Below are positions 48,948 through 61,060 of a DNA stretch of 64,000 nt, piece after piece. Every line of letters begins with the position of its first letter. The stretch's first letter is position 1. The notes beneath the pieces were generated by a model. It made no database searches, was not told the DNA's origin, and saw nothing but the letters and a program-made list of their open reading frames with translations. The translations under genes and the position numbers were made by a program. Source of the DNA: Octopus sinensis (lineage: Eukaryota); assembly GCF_006345805.1 (NCBI RefSeq), contig NC_043003.1, positions 38,936,001 through 39,000,000 of the forward strand, read 5' to 3'.

Positions 48948-50170
48948 AGTCTCGTCGCCGCCGCCGCAAATACCCAACACCACCACATTCATCACCCACC
49001 ACCACCACCACCACACCACCCCATCAACAACAACCAACAACAACAACAACAGCAGCAGCAGGCAGCCACAACAACAGCATCATAAACAGCCTCCCACGTT
49101 GTTTAGTCCGCTTCTATGGCTGGGAGCGCTTGTGGTATTCGTGTATATATGTTGGTGTATGTATAATGAGTGAGCGTGATTTGCATGTATGTGGATATAT
49201 GAGTGTGTGTCTATACAGGCACCCCCACATCCACACCCACACAAAATTCTCTCTCACACACACACACACACACATATTCAAATATATATGTATTTATGTA
49301 CATATATACATTCATAAATATATATATGTACATACATACATACATACATACATACCTACATACACATATTCATACATAAATATATGTATATATATTATAT
49401 ATCATATATGTATAAATATATACATACATGTGTGTGTGTGTGTGTGTGTGGTGTGTGTGTGTGTGTGTAGCGAGTACACTTTGCACTTACCATCTTTCCT
49501 TCCTGAGATGTCAGTCAGGATGTCAAGAAGAACGACACAAACCCTGAATACGAGACACCACCACTATTGTATACACACCCACTAACTCACATAACCACCA
49601 ATCCAACAACTATATGATGTACACGCGCGTAATCAACCCTGATCTACATACAACCCATGCATACATACATACATACATACATACATACATTCATACATAC
49701 ATACATACATACATACATACATACATACACATACACACATTCTGACGCACACACACATATAGATACATATATAAGGATATAGATATATGTATATATAGTT
49801 ATATACATATATGCACATATAGTTATATACATATATGCATATATACATTATGTATATGCGTGTGCGTGTATATATATATATATACATGTATGCATAATAC
49901 GTACATATATACATATATGCACACGTAACACACACACGCACACATGCACAAATCCATCCATACAAAATATGTACATAAATGCTTACGTACACATGTACAC
50001 GCCTCTAATACATATCTGTGTTCGCATATATGGGTGTGTGTGTATGTGTGTATGTGTGTGTGCGTATATCTGTGTGTGTATTTGTATCTCTGTGTGTGTG
50101 TGTGTGTGTACGCGCGTATATCTGTGTGTATGTGTATCTGTGTGTGTGTGTGTGTGTTGTGTGTGTGTGT
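48700..50170. repeat. (ACC)/(ATC) tract with ~130-bp internal duplication, then CA/TA/TG low-complexity sequence
   Basis: CATCATAGTC.TCGTCGCCGCCGCCGCAAATAC occurs at ~48810 and ~48940. Confidence 0.85.
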
Positions 50171-50368
50171 AATAACCCCCAAACGGACAGGTTGTCATTT
50201 ACGATCCATTCTTTTGTGTTCTTACTATAATTCTAAATGCCACCATAGGATGGAGTAGGGGGTCACCAGGAAAAAGTCGGTCGAAATTTTGCACGTAGTA
50301 ACCCCGGAGCTCAATTACACACACACACTCTCTTGCACACACACACATCCAAATATGTATCTTCAACA

Positions 50369-50464
<96 letters not shown>

Positions 50465-50481
50465 GTCTATCTCTCTGTCTA

Positions 50482-50529
<48 letters not shown>

Positions 50530-50533
50530 TCTA

Positions 50534-51433
50534 TCAGGTCTGATCAATAAGTATCCGGATTGTTGCTATAGTAACGACGCTAAAGCACGCAGAGTGAAGC
50601 TGCTTGGCACAGATTGACCTTGAACTCTTCAGTGCTTGCGCACTAAGTTTTAACGTTCTAGCTCACTGTGTTTACAGCAGTGCTTGGAAGGAACGTGTGT
50701 ACAGCAGTGCTTGGAAGGAACGTGTGTAGCGTGTGATTGTCGCATTGACCAAGACAAAGTTGTCATGGGGATACCTGCTTAGAGGCCTGTGTAAAGTTGT
50801 AGAAAGTGTATGGAAAGTAGTATATGAGCCGTATACAATTGTACGAGTGGTTCAGACGTATCCAAGATAGCAGAAAAAATGTCGATACTGACGAACGTTC
50901 TGGGAGACCCGCAACTAATAGAACTGAGAAAAACATCGCAGATGTGCGTGCAGCTATGAGGGAAATCGTCGAATCACCATCCATGAGCTATCAGGGGATG
51001 TACAGATTAGTTACGGTTCAGTTCAGTCCATTATAAATGAAGATTAGGGTATGAGACGTGTGTCTGCCAAGGTTGTGCCAAAACTGCTTACAGCTGACCA
51101 AAGAGACGCCCAGGTTTCAGTTGCACAAGATCTCCTTGAATGTGTCGAGAACGATGAAAGCTTTTTGAAAACTTTGCGTAGGTCTCCGAGCAGGTATCGC
51201 CAAGCTTTTGGCAAAATTTTCTGCAAATTTTCTGCTCAGCCTTTTCTGTTATGGTGAATGCGACGATCACACGCTACACATCTTCCTTCTAAGCACTGCT
51301 GTAAATAGCAGAAGTTAGAACATGGTGTGCATGCACAGCAGAATTCAAGGTCAATCTATGCCAAGCAGATTCAGTTTGCATACTTTAGTTTCGTAACTAT
51401 GGTGACAGTCCGGATACTTATTGATCACACCAA
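50534..51433. mobile_element. Mariner derivative built from two inverted 5' ends, inserted at TA within (TATC)n
   Basis: TIR GTCTGATCAATAAGTATCCGGA / GTGTGATCAATAAGTATCCGGA; + strand MSRIQLYEWFRRIQDSRKNVDTDERSGRP..MRRVSAKVVPKLLT..ESFLKTL; - strand TEKAEQKICRKFCQKLGDTCSETYAK; 27-bp tandem duplication at 50673-50726. Confidence 0.9.
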
Positions 51434-51597
<164 letters not shown>

Positions 51598-52670
51598 CAT
51601 ATATCCAAATACTTTGATTCTTACATGACACGACCTCTCGAATATGTACGAATTTCAAACAAAAGCAAATGAAAAGTTAAGCTGGCCGACACTGCGAAGT
51701 TACTGTCACCACTAGTTTGTTAAATGTATTACAAATATGTACTCGACAAAAATATTGAGTAATTCTTCTGTTTAACGTTACACTCTTCATTATAACACGA
51801 TATTGTAAAAAAAAACATTAATACACACACACACACTCGACACTGTAAACGAATCAAAATTTACTAAAATTTGAACGTTCACAAATTGCGGGCTTCCAGT
51901 CAATTAATACTTTGTATTTCGCTTACAAGTAGGTTGTTGTTTTGATATTATTCATCTATAGCTTTTGTATCAGTAAATCATACTACACAAACGACACTCA
52001 ATTCATCTCCATAACGATAGCGGTTTTGTTGAACGTACGCATTCAGAGAAGGATCGAACGAGAGAGTTCAACGGTTGAATGCATTGTCGAAGATAAATAC
52101 GCCACTATGTATTCATGCACTCGAATTTTGAAGACTGGTATTCTGCTAAGATGATTTCAATTTTCGCTCGAGGAAATTTGTTCCGTTTAGATATAAAAAA
52201 AAAAAACGAGTGCTAAAAAATATAAAAGTATTACCCAAATGTGTGGGTTTTGGCTTTGAGAATTGGTCATGATTCCACCTTTACACATCAACTATTGAAA
52301 TAAGAATATTCGTAGATTAATGCATTCATGTACTGTACGGATAAATGTGTGTTGTATCACCTGTATAATCCATAAGTTTTGTGTGGGAAAGCTATATTGC
52401 TTGTGGGAATTGCTAATAAACGTGACATCTGTTTGACTATAATTGATTTTACATTCGTACTACTTAATTTTTTAGCTGTTGCCCACATCTTTAATGTATC
52501 TTATTCATTCATATATTTATTTATTTATTTATCATCATCATCATCATTGTTATTACTGTTGTTGTTATTATTGTACACCCACACATACACACACGTACAC
52601 AAAAATATATGTACATACACACACTCATATACACACTCACTCATACATACACTCACTCATACACACACAC

Positions 52671-52720
<50 letters not shown>

Positions 52721-52722
<2 letters not shown>

Positions 52723-53125
52723 GTGGCTGTGTAGTAAGTAGCTTGCTTACCAACCACATGGTTCCGGGTTCATTCCCACTGCGTGGCACCTTGGGCAAAT
52801 GTCTTCTACTATAGTCTCGGGCCGACCAAAGCCTTGTGAGTGGATTTGGTAGACGGAAACTGAAAGAAGCCCGTCGCATATATGTATATATACATATATA
52901 TATGTATGTATGTATGTATGTGTATATGTTTGTGTGTCTGAGTTTGTCCCCCCAACATCACTTGACAACCGATGGTGGTGTGGTTACTTTCGTGGCTCGG
53001 CAAAGAGACATATAGAATAAGTACTAGGCTTCCAAAGAATAAATCCTGGGATCGATTTGCTCGACTAAAAGGCGGTGCTCCAGCATGGCCGCAGTCAGAT
53101 GACTGAAACGAGTAAAAGAGAAAAT
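52721..53125 (+). mobile_element. SINE family A, near full length
   Basis: Head, TA/TATG tract, 3' end. Confidence 0.9.
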
Positions 53126-53211
53126 AAATTATATATATATATATATTATAATAGAATATTAAAATTACTAAGTCTCTCTAAAGGAGATTACGGCAGCGTT
53201 ACTGGAAATTA

Positions 53212-53309
53212 ATAGTTATCGCCATACTTATATGGCAGTCTTATAAATATAAGACTAAAGCTTTAGTCTTATATTTATAAGACTGCCATATAAGTATGGC
53301 GATAACTAT
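53212..53309. repeat. Perfect 98-bp spacerless palindrome with nested hairpins
   Basis: 53212-53260 is the exact reverse complement of 53261-53309. Confidence 0.95.
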
Positions 53310-53312
53310 ATC

Positions 53313-53343
<31 letters not shown>

Positions 53344-53564
53344 ATATTATATATATATGTATGTATGTCTCTCTCTCTCTCTCTCACACACAAACATACA
53401 CTTGTAATAAGCAGAAAACATGCATGGTGATAAGTGCTTGGCAGGACATATTCTGCGAGCTTCATCAGTTATAGAAACACCATGCAATCCTTCCCCACAC
53501 CCCGCCGCCATCAGTATCACGCAGGAAATACAACGATAGATTTTAAAGCTTTTACTATATAAAA

Positions 53565-53775
53565 TGTGACCTCGTGTGTACCGTTGGCGATTTTTTTCCT
53601 CTGTCTTCCCTTCTCTGGATCTTTCCTTCTCCTATGCTTCCGACGAAGAGCTCCGCTCGAAACGTTAAACCCTCCTTCTTTCCTTCTTTCTTGAGCGTCC
53701 AATAATACTATATTTGTTCCACGTCCTCGCGTTGTTGTGTTTTTTTTGTGTTTTCTTGTTTGGATTAACTTTATA
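53565..53775 (+). mobile_element. Penelope-like terminal fragment (family P1) with hammerhead-like motif at 53636-53670
   Basis: GCTT-CCGACGA-A-GAGCTCCGCTC-GAAA-CGTT-AAAC; ends GGATTAAC then TA run; near-identical reverse copy at 62943-63145. Confidence 0.6.
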
Positions 53776-54047
53776 TATATATATTTTTTTTCCCTGTCTT
53801 CTTCTTCTTCTTCTTCTTCTTCTTCTAACATGCCATTAAGGAAAAATATAGTCTTATTCTCTGGAAACATTAGTGCAGTCGTGGGCACAGGTTTCTGCCT
53901 CAGTTGCTGTTATCAGCACGACTGTTGTCGGGCTTTATCTCCAGGATCCAAAGGACTTAGGCATATATAGTAAAAGATAGAACACATTTATGGTCTAGGA
54001 TAAGTAAATATATTCTTTATTCATATATTATTTGTAAATATACACAA

Positions 54048-54158
<111 letters not shown>

Positions 54159-54394
54159 ACCCTCGATCCAGTTCTTCTCCACTTGGAGGTCCGGACCAAA
54201 CCAGACCCCGAGCAACTCAACCGGGCCGTCGGTCCAGCGTCCCACGACGGAGGCGCTGGTGGACGGCATGGGCTGCTTCTCCCAGGTGCCTAGTCGCAAG
54301 CCCACTGACTTTTCTCGGTTGATTTTTGCTCCTGTCACCGCTTCGTAGTTTTTCAGTGTCTCGCCGACCTGCTCGATGTGCTCGTGGCTAGACA

Positions 54395-54395
<1 letters not shown>
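54159..54395 (-). mobile_element. Tx1/L1-clade LINE ORF2 fragment embedded in (TATC)n
   Basis: SSHEHIEQVGETLKNYEAVTGAKINREKSVGLRLGTW..RWTDGPVELLGVWFGPDLQVEKNW (post-RT GAKIN..KS motif). Confidence 0.85.
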
Positions 54396-54462
<67 letters not shown>

Positions 54463-54508
54463 TTATCTATATATCTATCTGTCTGTCTATCTCAACAGCA
54501 CTCTCTCC

Positions 54509-54558
<50 letters not shown>

Positions 54559-54590
54559 CATGACTAAAAACAAAAGCAGAATATATATAT

Positions 54591-54634
<44 letters not shown>

Positions 54635-54719
54635 TGCTTTTGTTTTTAGTCTTGTTATTGAAGTTGATATTTTTTATTACAGCTGTTTTATTAGTTATTA
54701 TCATCATTGTTATTATTAA

Positions 54720-54940
54720 GGCAGCGAGCTGGCAGAATCGTTAGCACACCAGGAAAAAAATGCTTAGCCGCGTTTTATTCGGTTTTACGTCCTGAGTTCA
54801 ATTTCCGCCGAGGTCGGCTTTGTCTGTCATCCTTTCGAAATCGATAAAAATAAGTACCAGTTGCGTACTGGTGTCGATCTGATCGATTGGCCCTCTCCCC
54901 GAAATTTCAGGCCTTATGCTTATAATAGAAAGGATTATTA
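54720..54940 (+). mobile_element. SINE family B, short-tail type
   Basis: GGCAGCGAGCTGGCAGAATCG...GGCCTTATGCTTATAATAGAAAGGATT. Confidence 0.85.
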
Positions 54941-55471
54941 TTGTTATTGATGTTGTCATTTTAGCTTGCTTAATTGTTTTCGTTGATGTTATCGACGTTG
55001 TAGTATTGTTCCTGCACTTGATATTTAGCTATCCATAGTCAGCCATGAATGAGCAAGTAGACCACAAACCCCATTATTTTGCCAGCCGCTAAGTAGTCCG
55101 TCATTTTAAAGAAATAATATATCTAATACTACATTATTTTACGTGTCCTTTCTTTTCTAGAAAGCTAGGATAGGAGACGAAATAAATTGGCTGCTATTTC
55201 TTGTAGGTTCAATGATCACATGCAGTTCCCTCATAGGCTTGTCATTGTTTTGCAGTTGTGACTTGGAATTGTTGGCAATAATACCGTTGATGTTAGTCTC
55301 ATTATAGCTGCTGTGGTTGTTATTGCTATTGTTGTTGTTGTTGTTGCTATTTCCGTTGTTGTGTTGTTGTTGTTGTTGTTGATCCTGTTCTTATTGCTTT
55401 TGTAGTTTTGTTGTTGCGGTTGCTGTAACTGTTACTATTGCCGTCACTGTTGCGATTATTGTTGTTGTTGC

Positions 55472-56248
55472 TCACCGTCATAGTGTCGAGCCACAGGTAT
55501 AGACCTGATTGGCGACACACTAAAAGAATATGAAGCGGTAACAGGAGCAAAAATTAACGCGGAAAAGTCAGTGGGGTTGCAACTCGGCAAATGGAGAGGC
55601 AAGGCCATGCCGTCCAACAGCGTCATGGGGCGCTGGACAGACGGTCCGGTTAAATTGCTCGGAGTCTGGTTCGGTTTAGATCTTCAGCTGGAGAAAAACT
55701 GGGACGAGGTGACGAGCAGGTTAGCCAAACTCGCCCAAAAATAGGTCGAGAAGAAGCTGTCCCTGAAAGGTCGAGCGGAGGTGGCGAATGCGAGCAACGC
55801 ATCCGTCATCTTTTACCGCTTGACCGTCGTCCCTTGCCTCGTTTGCTAGTTGACCAAGCTGGTGCGCTTACCCGTCCGCTTACTGTGGAAGGGATGCGTT
55901 CCACTGGTCAGGCGCTCCATCTGTTGGCAACAGCCGCTGACTGGAGGGCTGGGCATGCCGTGGTTGCTGGTGCGCAGTCATGCACTCAGGCTACGGCACC
56001 TCCAGCGATTCCTTCATGGGGAGCGGGTGTGGTCGCGGTTTGTCAGACTCACTTTTCCACAGCTCGTTTCTTTGACTGAGCTGCAGTCCTGGATTAGGCG
56101 TAGACCGACAAAGGGCGCTTGGTACCTCAGTGCCGTCAAGCGCTCACAGCTCTCCGCCAGGCGAGCAATGCGGTCGGTCGTAGTTCCACTCTAGCGTTCT
56201 AAAGAGGGTTAGTGGAGGGGAAGTGCGACGACATTCTCGGGGAAATAC
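55472..56248 (+). mobile_element. Tx1/L1-clade LINE ORF2 fragment
   Basis: LIGDTLKEYEAVTGAKINAEKSVGLQLGKW..LLGVWFGLDLQLEKNW..KLSLKGRAEVAN..GGLGMPWLLVRSHALRLRHLQRFL; several stops. Confidence 0.9.
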
Positions 56249-57125
56249 GCGGAATTTGAACACAGAACGTAACGGCAGACGAAATACCTATTTCTTTACT
56301 ATCTACAAGGAGCTAAACACAGAGAGGACAAACAAGGACAGACAAACGGATTAAGTCGATTATATCGACCCCAGTGCGTAACTGGTACTTAATTTATCGA
56401 CCCCGAAAGGATGAAAGGCAAAGTCGACCTCGGCGGAATTTGAAATCAGAACGTAACGGCAGACGAAATACGGCTACGCATTTCGCCCGGCGTGCTAACA
56501 TTTCTGCCAGCTCACTGCCTTTGGTTGATATTCTTGTTACTGTTACTGCTACAACTGTTCCTATATGCGAATGTAGTTGTTCCTCTTGTTGTTGTTGTTG
56601 TTGTTGTTGTTGTTACCGCTGTTGTTATTATTGCTAGTGTTGCTATTGTGGTTTTGTGGTTGTGGCTTTGATGTTCTTACTGTTGTATATTACTATTAAT
56701 GTCGCTGTATAATGGGCGAGTTGGCAGAATCGTTAGGAAGCCGCTGAAAATGTTTAGCGGAATTCCACCCATCTTCAAGTTCGGAGTTCAAATTCCACCG
56801 AGGTCGACTTTGCCTTTCATCCTTCCGGGGTCGATAAAAGAAATTAATCGACTAGCCCCTTATCCCAAATTTCAAGCCTTTGCCTTCACTAGAAATGACT
56901 ATTAATGTTGCTATTTAGGTGCCAAGCTGACACAACCGTTAGCGCGTCTCACAAAATGCAGAGCAACATTCCTTGAGGATATTTACATTATGAGTTCAAA
57001 TTCTGCCGCGGTCGACGTTGCCATTCATCTTTTCGAGAAAGTAAAGAACTAGTCAAGTAATGGAGTAGTTTTAATCGACTTGCATTCTCCCCACTGAATT
57101 GCTGGCATTGTGTCAAAATTAGAAA
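56249..57125. mobile_element. SINE-B truncated dimer (-, 56249-56520) plus two diverged + strand B units (~56715-56900, ~56915-57125)
   Basis: B core matches; junction GAAATACCTATTTCTTTA at 56281. Confidence 0.8.
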
Positions 57126-57162
57126 TAATTTATTAATGTAGCAGTTGCTGTTAATCCTCTCG

Positions 57163-57202
<40 letters not shown>

Positions 57203-57390
57203 AACATTTGCTGCCAATGTTGTATGATACCATTTAAGAACTTGTGAAGAAGAACTATGATGCCTAGGTAGGTAGGTAGCCAATTGTACGGTTCTGCTTT
57301 GCAGATCCAGGAATCTGGATATTCTATGCTTATTATACCCGTCTGAAGTTGAAAACGTTGATGTTGTCGTTGATGATAACGATAATAAGA

Positions 57391-57423
<33 letters not shown>

Positions 57424-58395
57424 CTGATGATTATGATGATGATAATGACGACGACGAGGACGACGAGGACAACGACGTCGACGATAACGATGATTACGAC
57501 AACGACGGTGATGATGATGATGATGATGATGATGATATGATTTGCACTTATTCCTCTCTACATACATGCAAACATCCATCCATCCATCCATCCATCCATC
57601 CATCCATCCATCCATACATACATACATACATACATGCATGCATACCTACGTACGTACGTACGCACACTCTCCACTCATAACTGCTCTCACAATCCTATTC
57701 ATCACAAGTCTGATTAATTAGCCTACTTACATTTCGAATTCCATCGTTGCTTGTTGGCGTATTTAACGTTGCTGTTGTTGCTGTTGTTGTTGTTATTATT
57801 ACTGCTGTTTTGTTAATTAACCATTTGTCTTTTGTGCGTGTTTTAATTAACACAAACCTACGCAAACATTGTATGTCTGCACCCACACACATACTCGCAT
57901 ACATTAGCTAATACATAGATACACAATCGAACGCATACATACATACATACATACATACATACATACATACATACATACATACATACATACATGCAGCTGT
58001 GAGCAATGACGAGGTTGAAACAAGGACAGGTTTTAAAATGGAAGATAGTTTAGTTGACGAACTTCGTTCTTTTGTGTAAGGTGAAGTCATGGTTTTTGTT
58101 ATGTAAAAAAATAAATAAGCAACAAAAAAATCTCTGAACAAAACAACCATGGAATTCCAAAGAACTGTAAACAAACGAAGAAATGAAATAAAAAAATGAA
58201 ACAATGTATATGTATATAATGTAATATAATAGAAGAACAAATGTAAAAATTAAATTATATAAAACAATGAAAACAATAACATTTTCGTTATGAATCTCCG
58301 ACATGAATTTTTTTTTTGTTTTTGCTATTGTTAGAAGTTAGCTCTGGATTCGATAGATAGACAGACAGACAGACAGATAGATAGACAGATAGATA

Positions 58396-58560
58396 GCCTA
58401 GAAATTGGCTCATCTGGGATCCCGGCAAGCCGGAGGTCAAGTTCACGTTTGAAAATGTCTACATCCACTCCATGGACGCTCCTCAGATGTTTCGGCAGAC
58501 AGTTAAACAGCTGTGGACCCTTGAAACCCAAGCTATTGCAGTACATCGTCCTTGCCCGAT
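58396..58560 (-). mobile_element. CR1/L2-like LINE ORF2 3'-end fragment
   Basis: CNSLGFKGPQLFNCLPKHLRSVHGVDVDIFKRELDLRLAGIPDEP (cf. ..LFNxLP..R...FK..LD C-terminus). Confidence 0.7.
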
Positions 58561-58575
58561 GTATATATATTATAT

Positions 58576-58612
<37 letters not shown>

Positions 58613-59121
58613 TCTGTACTAATTTATTATTGATAATAAGTTATAATGAATAACAAGCTGTCTACAATAAGCTAGTACAAGGCATAAATAGATGAACCCG
58701 CTATGTGGTCTCTTGATCTTCTAGAAATAGCAGTCAAAATTCCTTCAAAATAGATCCACTCTGATAAATAGGGAAGGACATATTAAATAGTGTTATTCTC
58801 GATATACCTAAAAAGAGGGTTTCCTCACCGGAGGATTACTTTTGATCCTAGTTCTGTAAGATTAAAGCTGGGACTAGGCTATAACAATATAGACAGTTAT
58901 AACAATATAAAAAGCTGTAACAATAGAAACTGCATTGATTGAGAAGCTCTAGAATCAAAGACGTTTCAATTATGATCGGCCAATCTTATCCCTGACATGT
59001 TTCAGCTGATGTAGATTTCAATGCTATTTCTAATAGGTCGATCGACCACGTAGAAGCTGCCACGTTGTCTCTACACAAATAATTGATCATAAACTAACAT
59101 TATATGTATGTTTGTTTATTA

Positions 59122-60259
59122 CGAGGGTAAGTCAAAAGTTATAAGCACTCTTGTTTCTGTAATTTATTAAAACAATTTTTCGACATAGTCTCCTTGTTTT
59201 TCGGTGCACTTCTTCCAGCGGTACGCAAGGTTGCTTATTCTAGGTGAGCTGGCAGAATCGTTAGCACGCCGGGCGAAATGCTTAGCGGTATTTCGTCTGC
59301 CGCAACGTTCTGAGTTCAAATTCTGCTGAAGTCGACATTGGCTTTCATCCTTTCGGGGTCGATAAATTAAGTACCAGTTACGCACTGGGGTCGATATAAT
59401 CGACTTAATCCTTTGTCTGTCCTTGTTTGTCCTCTCTGTGTTTAGCCCCTTGTGGGTAGTAAAGAAATAGGTATTTCGTCTGCCGCTACGTTCTGAGTTC
59501 AAATTCCGCCGAGGTCAACTTTGCCTTTCATCATTTCGGGGTCGATTAAATAAGTACCAGTTACGCACTGGGGTCGATGTGATCGACTTGATCCGTCTGT
59601 CTGTCCTTGTGTGTCCCCTCTATGTTTAGCCCCTTGTGGGCAATAAAGAAATAAGATTGCTTATTCTAGCGTAGAAGAGACGACCTCGTAAACGATGTTT
59701 GAGCGGTCCACCGAGGTGATAGTGGAAACGTTCGAAATGTAGACTATATGCAAAGTGTTCCAGCAACTCAAAACCCAATTTTTAATGGTTTCAGCGGTGT
59801 GAGCTACGAGATGTGGGCGTGCATAGTCGTGCATATTCGTACAACATTAACTCATGATTTGACTATAGACCTCGGCGTTTGATGCAAATTGCTGGTTTTA
59901 GTTTACTGGCCAGCATTTCACTGTAGCCTGCACTGATGACTGTAGACACCCTTTTCCTGTTAATACTCCAGTTTAGGCCCTTTTGCGTTAAAAAAATAAA
60001 ACATTTTCTGCGGAGGGTTGGGTTTTGAATTTAATTTTCATTGGCTATACTGCGTGTTTCCACTCCTTAAGTCCGACGAGCGCGCACTACGTGTCTGTAC
60101 TCTAGGCGTATCAGCCGGAAACTGACGCGACCTACGGGCGCGAAAATATACACGTATGCGCAGGAAGGGTGGCATAACCAACCATTCCAAAGATTTTGCC
60201 CACAGCGCATAAGTTTTGGTGGGAAAAAACATAGTCGGATAGCTTTTGAATGAACCTCT
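59122..60259 (-). mobile_element. Internally deleted mariner (DD34D-type) with both imperfect TIRs and TA flanks
   Basis: TA-CGAGGGTAAGTCAAAAG / TA-AGAGGTTCATTCAAAAG; KEWKH..KFKTQPSA; YSEMLASKLKPAI.KRRGL; ARPH..AETIK; LAYRWKKCTEKQGDYVEK. Confidence 0.85.
59244..59656 (+). mobile_element. SINE family B dimer inserted into the mariner with a 13-bp target-site duplication
   Basis: TTGCTTATTCTAG at 59231-59243 and 59657-59669; unit starts 59287 and 59470 (period 183). Confidence 0.9.
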
Positions 60260-60386
60260 TATAATATATATATATATTAGACAAATTGATATATAAGTAG
60301 ATAGATAGATAGATATACGTATATTATATTATGCATATATACTATATAAATATAATGTATACATAATTTACACACACACACACACA

Positions 60387-60433
<47 letters not shown>

Positions 60434-60479
60434 CACATACACATATACATACACACATACACGCAATTTCAAAATTTCT

Positions 60480-60588
60480 GCGGTCGATCTGTTCGATTAA
60501 ACACTTCAAAAAGTTGTCCCAGTGTGGCCACAATGCCGTGACTGAAACAAGTAAAAGATAAAAAGAAAAAAAGAATGATGCAGCGAAC

Positions 60589-60663
<75 letters not shown>

Positions 60664-60666
60664 GCC

Positions 60667-60699
<33 letters not shown>

Positions 60700-60746
60700 G
60701 CCTGCCTGACTGCCTGCATGTCCGTATGAATGTCTGTCTGTCTGTC

Positions 60747-60797
<51 letters not shown>

Positions 60798-60843
60798 GTA
60801 TGTCTGTCTGTCTGTCTGTCTGTCTAACTATCTATCTATCTCC

Positions 60844-60878
<35 letters not shown>

Positions 60879-61060
60879 AACATACATGCATGTAGGATGA
60901 GCTGCCACGCAATTTTCGAATGCTAAATTCATTCACAAGGCATTGGTTTACTTGGGCCTACAGTGGAAGACACTTGTCGAATGTGCTGCGGATTAGGACT
61001 GGATTCGAAACGACGTAGTTGTAAAGTGAGTTTCTTAACCGCACGGCTACGCCTGCGCCT
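60480..61060. mobile_element. SINE-A 3' end (+, ~60480-60575), (TATC)/(TGTC) tract, and diverged SINE-A 5' half (-, ~60890-61060)
   Basis: GTGACTGAAACAAGTAAAAGA; CCAAATTCATTCACAAGGC-like and GAAGACACTTG motifs. Confidence 0.65.

Noticed and set aside
49491-49543. - strand 53-nt exon candidate (VCVVLLDILTDISGRKD, donor gtaagt)
   Set aside because: Weak acceptor; ends in phase 1 while the 42207 candidate needs phase 2
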